A stretch of DNA of 63,832 nucleotides, filler included, from Reclinomonas americana ATCC 50394 (Eukaryota): the NCBI GenBank assembly GCA_048213135.1. It is 6 parts of 3 records of this genome, joined end to end, with 100 filler letters (N's around TTAATTAATTAA, not from the genome) between each part and the next. Parts side by side here need not be neighbours in the genome. Positions count along the whole stretch, not along the records: positions 1 to 23,335 come from PS015571.1; positions 23,436 to 47,912 come from PS015572.1; 4 more parts are not named here. One strand, written 5' to 3'. Both the position numbers and the translations under genes were made by a program. Each line of letters starts with the position of its first letter. Positions within the stretch are counted from its first letter, which is position 1. The notes below the pieces were generated by a model. It saw only the letters and a list, made by a program, of their open reading frames with translations. It had not been told where the DNA came from and did not search any database. This document shows, piece by piece, positions 22,248 to 33,203 of the stretch.

Positions 22248-25200
22248 TCAGCAGCAGCCACCCTTCTTCTTTTCCTCCACCACCGGGTTGGCAAACTGCA
22301 TTATTGGCTTGCATGTGAGCATCACTTCCCTCTATGTACCAGAACACACGCACACAGTGGGGAACGGGCACACGCAACTTGCACAGGAGCATCTCGTTCG
22401 TGAGACGGCTCTCCCCGGTTCGCATCACCGCCGTGAATTGCGTTCTGCTTCGCAATCACCGTGTCCAGCAGCTTGCCAATGGCACCCAGCTCCGACGACT
22501 GCGGAATCGTCTTGTCCGTCAGCGCTGCGTCCATCCACGGCACACCGTGAGCAGCACACAAGAGCGAGAACGAGACCATGCATGACACACCGTAGCCGGA
22601 GAGGGCGGAGCAGTACGACCATCCCTCAAAGCCCTGCTGTCTGACCAGCTCCTCGATCTGTTGTCTCGACACCTGCGTGCGGTCTACCAAGTCGAACTTG
22701 TTCGCCAGCAGAATGCACGGCACGTTGGTCTTGCCGTCGGCCAGGTGCACCTTCCTGTCGAGATCGGCCTTCCACTTGGCCACGGCCTCGAACGAGTCTC
22801 GCCGTGTTACATCAAACACCACAAAGGCACCCACAGCGTCCTTGTAGTACACCTGCCAAACAGCATAAGTCACGGCAGCGAAACGGGCTTGACACACACG
22901 CAACACACACTCAACTCGAGTCATTTGACCAAAGCGCTCCTGCCCTGCGATATCCCACAGTTGCATGCGCACGAGGCAGTCGGGTCGCGGCACCACCTTC
23001 AACGCAAAGTCAACTCCAATCTGCAGACACGGCACATCATGTGAGTTGAACTTGAAGCACTCTGCTACGTGATGCGCCCTCTCTCTCTCTTTCTCTCTCT
23101 CTTTCTCATACACTGTGCGCGCACATGCATGCGTGCGCGTGTGCGTCTGGCAACTCGCAGACGCGGCGAGTGAGCATGCGTTGTTGTGTATCACTCACTC
23201 ACCGTTGACTTGTACGATCCACTGAACATGTTGTGCACCTGCACACGCGCCACGCACACATCATCAGCACCGGCCCCACCACACGCACAGAATGCGTGCG
23301 CGTGTGTGTGACGCGCGTCATGTCAAAGCACACACNNNNNNNNNNNNNNNNNNNNNNNNNNNNNNNNNNNNNNNNNNNNTTAATTAATTAANNNNNNNNN
23401 NNNNNNNNNNNNNNNNNNNNNNNNNNNNNNNNNNNAGAGAGAGAGAGAGAGAGAGTAGAGTACACACAGGTCTCCGTAGCACGCAACAGATCATATCAAT
23501 GGCGTCAAAGATCTTTTTCGCTGCGCAACCCAGCCAGATGAGACACGCGACAACGACAACAGGCACACAGCAATGCACACCATTCCGGAATGGATGCTTG
23601 CCGCAGGCCAGAGTGAGCAGCGTAAGACCAAAGCTCCAAATGTCAGACGACGTGTTGTGTTCCAGACGAGCAATGCGCTCCGGCTGCGCACTCCACGGTG
23701 AGACGAGGCACACACAGAGAGAAAGAGAGACGAGGCACACACAGAGAGAAAGAGAGACGACGGCACATAGTCGCGTACCGACATGTAGATGGCAGTGCCG
23801 GTGTAGGTGTTGCCGGCATCTCGCCTCTCAATACCCACTCGCGCCGAGTTGAAGTCCGACAGCTTCACCTCGCCCTTCTGATTCAACAGCAAGTTCTCCG
23901 GCTTGATGTCACGATGCGTGATTGGGTTCTCGCGGTTGTGCAGGTGCACCAGACCCTCGACCGCCTTCAGCAAGCACATAAAGATGAGTGGCCAGCAGAC
24001 CACACAACCCATTCACCGCGCCAACGAACCTGCAAAGCGATACACAGCAGCACATCCTCCGGCACCGCCTTGGCAGAGCGCGCCACCGAGCGGCAGTCCA
24101 TGTACTCCAGCACAAAGCAGATAAAGTGCTCGTTGTAGAAGAAGCCAATGGAGCGGATAATGTTGGGATGCGGGTTCTGCACACACACACAGTGAGCGAG
24201 AGAGATAGTGAGCACATGCACAGACTGGCCGACGCGCGTCATGATGCAGACCTGCAACGAGAAGAGCGTGACGGCTTTCTCACGCGCAATAGGATCCACG
24301 GGCGCTTCCGCACTCAAGCTGGCATACTGCACCACTTTGACGGCCACCAGCTCATCAGTGACCTTGTTGCGCCCGAGAAACACCTGCGCGCGTGCGTGAG
24401 TAAGAGTCGCACGAGACTTGACCCCCTGTGCCCATAAATCGCACCTCAGAAAAGGCGCCTTGCCCGAGAAACCGCACGTTCTCGTAGTCGTCGACACACA
24501 GCAGCCCAAACTCCGCATCCATCGCATCCCCACTGCACAGAGGCAGTCAGTCAGTCATTTTCTTCATGACAAGAGGTGTCGCGCGACTCACGAGTGGCGC
24601 TCCACCACCAACAGATCCTCGGGGAGGTCGATGCGCACACCACGCTCCACCATTGAGAACGGCGAGGCGGAGGTCGGTGCGTCGAGCGGGTCCAATTGAA
24701 GTGACTCAAAAGTCACTTTTATCACTTCACAATGTCAGCAGCAGCCGGCGGGTCGTCATCATCAAGTGCAGCAGGCGGCGGCAGTGCGAAGCCTGAGGTG
24801 CTGTTCAAGATCCTGGTGGTGGGCGATGTCGGCACCGGCAAGACCAGCATCATCAGGAAATACGTTGCNNNNNNNNNNNNNNNNNNNNNNNNNNNNNNNN
24901 NNNNNNNNNNNNNNNNNNNNNNNNNNNNNNNNNNNNNNNNNNNNNNNNNNNNNNNNNNNNNNNNNNNNNNNNNNNNNNNNNNNNNNNNNNNNNNNNNNNN
25001 NNNNNNNNNNNNNNNNNNNNNNNNNNNNNNNNNNNNNNNNNNNNNNNNNNNNNNNNNNNNNNNNNNNNNNNNNNNNNNNNNNNNNNNNNNNNNNNNNNNN
25101 NNNNNNNNNNNNNNNNNNNNNNNNNNNNNNNNNNNNNNNNNNNNNNNNNNNNNNNNNNNNNNNNNNNNNNNNNNNNNNNNNNNNNNNNNNNNNNNNNNNN

Positions 25201-25742
25201 NNNNNNNNNNNNNNNNNNNNNNNNNNNNNNNNNNNNNNNNNNNNNNNNNNNNNNNNNNNNNNNNNNNNNNNNNNNNNNNNNNNNNNNNNNNNNNNNNNNN
25301 NNNNNNNNNNNNNNNNNNNNNNNNNNNNNNNNNNNNNNNNNNNNNNNNNNNNNNNNNNNNNNNNNNNNNNNNNNNNNNNNNNNNNNNNNNNNNNNNNNNN
25401 NNNNNNNNNNNNNNNNNNNNNNNNNNNNNNNNNNNNNNNNNNNNNNNNNNNNNNNNNNNNNNNNNNNNNNNNNNNNNNNNNNNNNNNNNNNNNNNNNNNN
25501 NNNNNNNNNNNNNNNNNNNNNNNNNNNNNNNNNNNNNNNNNNNNNNNNNNNNNNNNNNNNNNNNNNNNNNNNNNNNNNNNNNNNNNNNNNNNNNNNNNNN
25601 NNNNNGCAACGTATTTCCTGATGATGCTGGTCTTGCCGGTGCCGACATCGCCCACCACCAGGATCTTGAACAGCACCTCAGGCTTCGCACTGCCGCCGCC
25701 TGCTGCACTTGATGATGACGACCCGCCGGCTGCTGCTGACAT
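22248..25742 (-). CDS. RAB32: Rab32/38-like GTPase (exon 1 at about 25611-25742, remaining exons 22248-23238; intron 1 broken by gaps and a duplicated contig)
   Basis: [100 protein letters not shown] is diagnostic of Rab32/38/29. Confidence 0.9.
23380..23391. other. Artificial scaffold linker TTAATTAATTAA inside N padding (also at 47957-47968, 53400-53411, 59095-59106, 61593-61604)
   Basis: An identical 12-mer with stops in all six frames, always centred in N runs. Confidence 0.95.
23435..24868 (-). repeat. Inverted near-identical copy of 25606-~27020 (5' part of the MAP2K gene on minus, Rab32 exon 1 on plus); probable haplotig
   Basis: Reverse-complement match with scattered SNPs and intronic indels (for example SAEAPV vs SADAPV). 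Bounded by N gaps on both sides. Confidence 0.85.
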
Positions 25743-25828
25743 TGTGTGAAGTTAAAAGTGACTTTTGAGTCACTTCAATTGGACCCGCCGCTCGACGCAC
25801 CGACCTCTACTCCGCCTCGCCGTTCTCA
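25743..25828. promoter_or_regulatory. Compact bidirectional promoter (Rab32 / MAP2K)
   Basis: 86 bp between divergent ATGs. Inverted repeat AAGTGACT-TTTG-AGTCACTT at 25756-25775 is retained in the duplicate copy. Confidence 0.55.
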
Positions 25829-28052
25829 ATGGTGGAGCGTGGTGTGCGCATCGACCTCCCCGAGGATCTGTTGGTGGTGGAGCGCCACTCGTGAGTCGCG
25901 CGACACCTCTTGTCATTAAAAAGAATGACTGACTGACTGCCTCTGTGCACACAGTGGGGATGCGATGGATGCGGAGTTTGGGCTGCTGTGCGTCGACGAC
26001 TACGAGAACGTGCGGTTTCTCGGGCAAGGCGCCTTTTCTGAGGTGCGATTTGATGGGCACAGGGGGTCAAGTCTTCGTGCAACTCTTTACGCACGCACGC
26101 CCGCGCGCAGGTGTTTCTCGGGCGCAACAAGGTCACTGATGAGCTGGTGGCCGTCAAAGTGGTGCAGTATGCCAGCTTGAGTGCGGATGCGCCCGTGGAT
26201 CCCATTGCGCGTGAGAAAGCCGTCACGCTCTTCTCGTTGCAGGTGTGCATCATCATGACGCGCGTCGGCCAGTCTGTGCGTGTGCTCACTATCTCTCTCG
26301 CTCACTGTGTGTATGCAGAACCCGCATCCCAACATTATCCGCTCCATTGGCTTCTTCTACAACGAGCACTTTATCTGCTTTGTGCTGGAGTACATGGACT
26401 GCCGCTCGGTGGCGCGCTCTGCCAAGGCGGTGCCGGAGGATGTGCTGCTGTGTATCGCTTTGCAGGTTCGTTGGCACGGTGAATGGGTTGTGTGGTCTGC
26501 TGACCACTTATCTTTATGTGCTTGCTGAAGGCGGTCGAGGGTCTCGTGCACCTGCACAACCGCGAGAACCCGATCACGCATCGTGACATCAAGCCGGAGA
26601 ACTTGCTGTTGAATCAGAAGGGCGAGGTGAAGCTGTCGGACTTCAACTCGGCGCGAGTGGGTATCGAGAGGCGAGATGCCGGCAACACGTACACCGGCAC
26701 CGCCATCTACATGTCGGTACGCGAATGCGTGCCGTCGTCTCCCTTTCTCTCTGCGTGTGCCTCGTCTCATCGTGGAGTGCGCAGCCGGAGCGCATTGCTC
26801 GACTGGAACACAACACGTCGTCTGACATTTGGAGCTTTGGTCTTACGCTGCTCACGCTGGCTTGCGGCAAGCATCCATTCCGGAATGGTGTGCATTGCTG
26901 TGTGCCTGTTGTCGTTGTCGCGTGTCTCATCTGACTGGGTTGCGCAGCGAAAAAGATATTTGATGCCATTGACATGATCTGTTGCGTGCTACGGAGACCC
27001 GAGTGTACTCTCTCTCTCTCTCTCTGCTAACACTCACTGTGCGCCACACAGTGAACCAAGATCCGCCGCGTCTCGACGCCGACAAGTTCTCCCCCGATCT
27101 GTGCGACTTTATCAGTCTGTGTCTGCAAAAGGATCCTGCGTGCCGACCGAGTGCCGTCGAGTTGCGGCAGCATGCGTTCTTGCAGCGCGCCCCTGCCAAT
27201 CCATGTTCCGTGGTGGCCAAGTGGGCGGCCGTGCACTGCCCGCCGGGGCAGGCCACGGATGCTGTGGATGGTGTGATACAGCTGCTGCTTCTTGCTTTCC
27301 TTTGTGCGCTGCTGTCTCATTTCGGCTTGAACAAAGAGGCCATGTTCTACATGTCGCGCGGTCGCAGCGACCGTGGGTTCTTCCCCTCGTCGGCACCGGT
27401 GTCCATCAGGGCGCCGCAGTCGCAGCAGCGCAGTGTCGCGTTCTCCGTGCGCAAGAGCCCACAGTCGACCGCCACGCGCCTCGTGCCCAGCGAGCTGCGG
27501 TGCGTTGGGTGACGACTTGCTTCACGCCCTCACCTGCTCACTCTGATCTGTGCCTGTGTGCATGTGTGCAGGTTGGTCAACATTCCACTCAAGACGCGCT
27601 CGGCCGACCAGTTGCGCGAGGACTACGTGCATCGGGTGATGCTCAACCCCACATCGCCGCTGCGCAAGAATCTGAGGAGACCAGGCGTGGCAGGTGCCGC
27701 GGCGGCAGCAGCAGCAGCAGGTGGAGGAGGTGGAGGCAGTGTGCCGACATCCATGGGCATCAAGTCGTGGCGCGCAGTGGATCCTTCACAGTGGATGGAC
27801 GTGGCACCCATGTCGACGAGACGAGCGGCAGTTCCGGGTCCGCCTGGTGGTGATGGTGCGGACAGCACCGACGCCGTGCAGCAGGCCATGATGGAGGCGA
27901 ATGCGCCCTCATTACGGCGCCACCTGGACCCGGTGATGGACGTGCTGCCGGGCATGCACGACGACACAGACTTGCACATGGCGGGCATGTTGGTCGGATC
28001 GCTGGAGGAAGGCGACCCGGGACCACTCATGCTGGGCGACGTGGAGACATGA
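25829..28052 (+). CDS. STE7/MAP2K-like Ser/Thr protein kinase with a C-terminal extension
   Basis: LGQGAFSEV, VAVK, VLEYMD, HRDIKPENLLLNQKGEVKLSDFN, TYTGTAIYMSPERI, SDIWSFGLTL, PPRLDADKFSPDLCDFISLCLQKDP. Confidence 0.88.
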
Positions 28053-28128
28053 ACTCACTCATTCCGTCGCCCGTGCGAGCGTATAACAGTTTGTTTTGCA
28101 GAGTGTATTTGACTCAAGAATTGTTTGT

Positions 28129-29515
28129 TTACATGTTGTGCACTCGTTCCTCCAGCGACGCGCTGCTCCCATCCATCTCGTCCGTGGCAGCAGCGGCAGC
28201 AGCAGCAGCGTCCTCGGTTTCCGCGCCATCCATTGCACCCGCAGACACGCGAACGGTACCGGCCGCGCGTTTTCGCGCAATGTCAGTCGCCTCCTTGTCG
28301 TCCGCTTCGACCTCCATGGTCGCCACAGCGTGATCGATCGAGCGCGCCTGTATCACCATGCCGATGGTACCTGCGTCCCCCACCACCCGTTAGTTGTGCA
28401 GAATCGAAGGGCAGCTCGGCGGGACTGCGACCAACCGACGGCAAAGGCGGTCCATATGGGCGTATCGGAGAGCGTTTGTGTGTACCACAGACTGAGGCCG
28501 GCGGTGATGAGCACGGCCAGCAGGAACGGCAGCCACACCAGCAACAGAGGTTTCCTGCGCGAAACGAATTCAGCACAGCGAACACACTCTCTTCCTCTTG
28601 GCCAGCCTGACCTGACATGAACAGTCTTCTTCTTGCTGCCCGTCGACGAGGCACTGGAAGCCGGCGACGCAGCAGCCGGACCAGCACTCGCAGGTCGCTT
28701 GGCCGACCCAGCGGCCACCGGCGACAGTGCCGAGCGTATTGAGCCGGGCTTGATGGCCTACACAGCGCGCACATAAGCACCCACCGATTCGCACAGACGC
28801 ATACACACACACACACGAACAAACCGACTTGAGCGGCACCGCACTGGCATCCGAGTCGAACGCCACTCGCTTCCCCTCACCACCTACAAACAATCATCAA
28901 TCGTACGCCCGACAACAACAACAACAACAGCATCCGCGTAAGGCCACTGACCTCCCCCAGCTGCCGCCGACTTGGGCGTGGCCGCACGCGCAAGAGGAGC
29001 CGCCACTGTGCTCGTCGCAGTGGTCGTCCCTCCTGCTGCTGCTGAAGAAGAAGAAGGTGTTGTCTGCGCAGCTGAGGGCCAGATCGATGTCGGCACCACC
29101 AACGACGCAATCTTATCGCCGCTCATCGAGGTCAGCTTGATGGCCACTCGCTCCCCTCCGCTGCTCGTCGCCTCCTCTGGTTGAATGGTGATGCTCCTGC
29201 GCACATACCTCTCATGAGTGTGATTGATTGATGATTGTGACTGAAAAAAGCTCAACAATGTGACTTCGCCGCGCGCATCAATCGTTCCCTTTGGTTGCGA
29301 CACATAGAAGAGTGTCTTCTTGGTGGAGAGTACGTTGTATTGGATGGATTCTGTGAGCGGGTTGCGAAGTCGGAACGAAATGCGCTTGGCACCCTGTGTG
29401 CGTGTGTGTGTGAAAGAGATGAGCGCGCGTGTTTGTGAGTGTGTGTCTTGCGCATACATACCGTGGGCCACACAAAGGTGTCCACGTCGAGATAATCCGC
29501 GCGAGAAGCACTCAT
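28129..29515 (-). CDS. Motile-sperm (MSP) domain protein with C-terminal transmembrane helices (MOSPD1/3-like)
   Basis: FRLRNPLTESIQYNVLSTKKTLFYVSQPKGTIDARGEV at the N-terminus, then LLLVWLPFLLAVLITAGLSLW..WTAFAVGTIGMVIQ. Confidence 0.65.
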
Positions 29516-29581
29516 GAAAAGCACAGTGAGTGTCCCGCTCTTCGTCCTCCTCCTTCGTTCTCTTTCTGTTCTCAAGTGACG

Positions 29582-30872
29582 ATGAGCGCGGCGAGTCTGT
29601 CGCGCAGTGAGCGCACGTACATTGAGGGTGGTGCCTCACATGATGTGCGTGTGGATGGGCGAGGGCGACTGGACGCGCGACACTCGTCTGTGCGCACGGG
29701 TGTGTTGCCGCAGACGAATGGCTCTGCAAGAGTTGCGCACACTCTTCTCTGCAAGTGAGTGAGTGTGTGCGTAGTGTCTCATTGGTGAGTGATGCAGGTG
29801 CGGCTGGGAGAGAGCACAGAGGTGCTGGTCGGTGTCAAAGTCGAGCTGGGCGATGTGGATGTGGCGTTCCCGAATCGTGGGCGTGTGGAGCTCAGTGTGG
29901 AATGGTGTGCATACACACACCCATGCACACACTCACTCACTCACTCACTCTCCTCATTCATTCACTTGCATGCAGCTCGCCGAGTGCGTCGCCTGAGTTT
30001 GAGGGCCGCGGAGCCGAGGACATTAGTGCAGAGCTGGCACGCATTCTGTCGCTGATGAATGGCAGTGCGACGTTGGACTTGGAGGCACTGTGCATTGTGC
30101 CGGGGCGCATCTGTTGGATTGTGTTTATCGATTGCCTGGTGCGTCTGCTGGTGCCATTTCACGGTGGTTGCGTGAGAGTCTTACGAGGTTGGTGCGTAGG
30201 TGTTGGACTCGTCGGGCAACCTCGTCGACGCGCTGCAGCTGGCGTGTCATGCCGCGCTGGCGACCACATCGTGCGGAATTTTTTCTTTTCCGAGTCTCCT
30301 CCGCTGGCGCTCATTCGTCTTTCTGCAGCTACCCGAAGATCGAGGTCACCACGCTGGCCGACGGGCAGCCGGAGATCGACGTGTCGGATGATCCGGAAGA
30401 CAGTGTCGCACTCAACACCAACAAGGTGCCGCTGAGCGTCACACTGGCCAAGGTGGCGTTCGATGAGTCATTCCGCGCATGCGCACGCGCTCGTATCTCA
30501 CTCACTCATCCTATCTTCCCCTCCACGTGCAGTTGGGCAAGCGCTTTGTCGTGGACCCGAATGCACAGGAGGAGGCTTGCATGTCGTCGCGTGTCATTGT
30601 GGGAATCAACCGCGACGGTAACGTGTGTGCGGTGGAGAAGATTGGTCGGCAGGGATTGAATCCGACCGAGCTCAGCGACATGATTCAGGTGCGGTGGTGG
30701 TGGCACTCGTGTTGTGCCGATCTTGTCGCCCTCACTCTTCCTCTCTGTTTTGCAGTGCGCCAAGACAGTGGCACTACGAAATCTCCGAGTGCTGCAGGGC
30801 GTGCTGGAAAAGGCAAGGGCGAGCGATCCGTCGACCGCGGCCACCGGCAGCTTTTTTGATCCCTCCGAATAG
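29582..30872 (+). CDS. RRP42: Exosome complex component RRP42
   Basis: LSRSERTYIEGG..RVDGRGRLD..QTNGSARVRLG..VLVGVKVE..SPSASPEFEGRG..LCIVPGRICWIVFIDCLVLDSSGNLVDA..FVVDPNAQEEAC. Confidence 0.93.
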
Positions 30873-30918
30873 ACAAGCAGATAATGTGTGCGCTCTTCTG
30901 TTGTTTTCTTTCACTTGC

Positions 30919-32978
30919 TCACGTCGACCCGAAGCACACGCACACTGGCGAGGGGACGTGCGCGCAGCACACGGGATCCGAGAGACGACCGGTGCGCAGG
31001 TCGGCAGCAAAACGCACCAACGTGTGCGAATTTTGGTTCGCCACCACCAGCCACTCTCCCGACGACGACAACGCAAAATCACGCGGCGCAGATCCGTACG
31101 TCGACACAACGTCGACGACGTGCCCATCGTGCGCGTGCACGACAAAGATGCAATTGGGTCCGCGCACCGACGCAAAGACAAAGTCGGCGGTCACGCGGAT
31201 GGCGGCGGGCGAGATGAACAAAGTCGGCGCCCACCACGCGGGCCTCAGGTCGACGCGAATCAGTGTGTCGCCCAGTGTGCCGTCCTCGTGCACCGCGTGC
31301 GATGTCAACTGCGGTGGCGTGTAAGCTGGGACTCAGCGTGCAAGAGTAGTTGCATCGACAACAAACCGTGGCGTCCAACTCGTGCACACACCACAGTCGA
31401 CTGCCGTCGGCGGTCAGTGCAATGTGTCGTGGCCCACTGCCTGGTGCAGTCTTCAGTGGCGTCAGTGCGCGCAGCTTGCCGTCGGCAGTGTTGATCTCGT
31501 ACGCCTTGACCTGTGCACAACGTTGAGTGGACGAGGCACGTATGCACACTTACACACTAAACACGCACCTCGTCTAGACCCAGATCGGCCACATACAAGT
31601 TTCGTTCCGTAAACAGGGCGCAGTGTGCGTGCGCCCATTCCTGTCGTGCGGCATTCACACCGCTGCATCCCGTGTGCTGCACGCAGTCGGTCTCCACCAA
31701 AGTCGACCCGTCGTCGGCAATACGATACACCACCACCCAGCCATCGACGTAGGAGACGGCGGCCACCAGCGGCGCAGACGGATGGAATGCCACGTGGCAG
31801 CCGGCGAGACCACGGGCGTCTATCAGTGAACCGCACGACCACGGCGCATCGCCGCCCTCGCCACGACGCAACACGCAGACGCCACTGGTGACCTTGACGG
31901 TTTCGCAGATGGCCACCGCCATGCGCGGGTCACGCGGGTGCGCAGTCACGTACGACGGGTTGGCAATGGGAGTCGGGAGCGGCTAGACATTTCTCAGCGA
32001 CGATGAAGAAGTGACAACTCGCGGCACGGCACACACGCAACAGGCTGCGACAAGCGGACACGGCCGGTCGACTGGGAGAACAGGGCCGGATAAATACCTT
32101 CACCACGGCCGTACACGTGACCCTCTGGCTGTGTGTATGTGCCAACCAGCAGTGCCGTGGTGGTGTCGTCGGCTGTGACACGACACGAGTGGGCACACGA
32201 TTTCTACCAAGCTGAAGGAGGCTGGGCACACGACGAACCGACATCGGCGTGTTGATAGGCAAACGAGGAAGACAGCACGCGTGCAACTGCGGCAGACAGC
32301 TCGCGCAGCCGTGCACCACTGCACGCCTCGCCAGCAGCGTCGAGTGCACCCTCCAGCACTGCGGCAATCCGAGATGCCGGCAGCAGCACATCACCACCAC
32401 TCACGCCCAGCAGCGGCCTCAACGACGGTGCCTCGGCGCCCACACTGACGCACAACTCATCAACAGCTGCCGCCCCCTCTGTGTCCGCAGTGAAGTGGAA
32501 CCCGGCCTGCCCACGCCCGCTCGCTGCATCGAAAGTGAGAAACAGACTCGACAAGTCGCCGTCGTCGTCGTGCCCGGCTGTGGCCACACCCTGAATGTTG
32601 ACCAGCGGTCCTACCATGGCATCCAGTGCGCCGAGAGCGCGCAGTACGACTGCCAAGAAGCGCCGCTCGCCCCGCATCCGCGACGACCGACTGTCGCAAA
32701 CACAGTCAATGGCTGTGCGTGGGCTCGAGACAGAGGAAGCACAGACGCAACAATGTGTAGGCGACAGTCACGTGAGATGCAGAGTCGAGGCGCGACACAG
32801 ATGAGGCCAGTGGCACTGCGTGCGCACTGGAGGACGACGACGACAAGAGAGACAACCAGTCGGACTCGACAGCCGACCACGCCACGCGCGGCAGTGCAGC
32901 CCAGCAGCAGCTGGGTGCCGACGATGACTGCAACAAGTCGCGCACTTGTGCACCTCCTGCTTGCGTCTCACTGGCCAT
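30919..32978 (-). CDS. Seven-bladed beta-propeller lactonase (6-phosphogluconolactonase Pgl/YkgB type) with an unrecognised N-terminal extension
   Basis: LLVGTYT..GEGIY, NPSYV, CHVAFHP, RQEWAHAHC, VADLGLD, PGSGPRHI, VHELDAT, SVRGPN, PRDFALSSSGEWLVVANQNS, PSPVCV. The start codon is tentative. Confidence 0.82.
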
Positions 32979-33203
32979 CACAATGCCGTCACTCGCCGGC
33001 ACCTCGTCCCCGACAATCACGGCCTGCTTGACGTGCGAATGAGATGCAGAATCAACACACTCATAAGAGAGAGAGAGAGACGACTGCACTCAACCGGTGC
33101 ATGCAGCGTGTCACTCCACTCGCCAGCCGTGTCGACCAATGCACACCAACGCATGATGATGATAAACAAAGCTGATTAAATTTCATTCTCCTTCCGACGA
33201 CGG

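Noticed and set aside
22248..25742. Trans-splicing or a nested kinase gene within Rab32 intron 1
   Set aside because: The intervening kinase copy is a gap-bounded duplicate. Ordinary cis-splicing explains the gene once the haplotig is removed.
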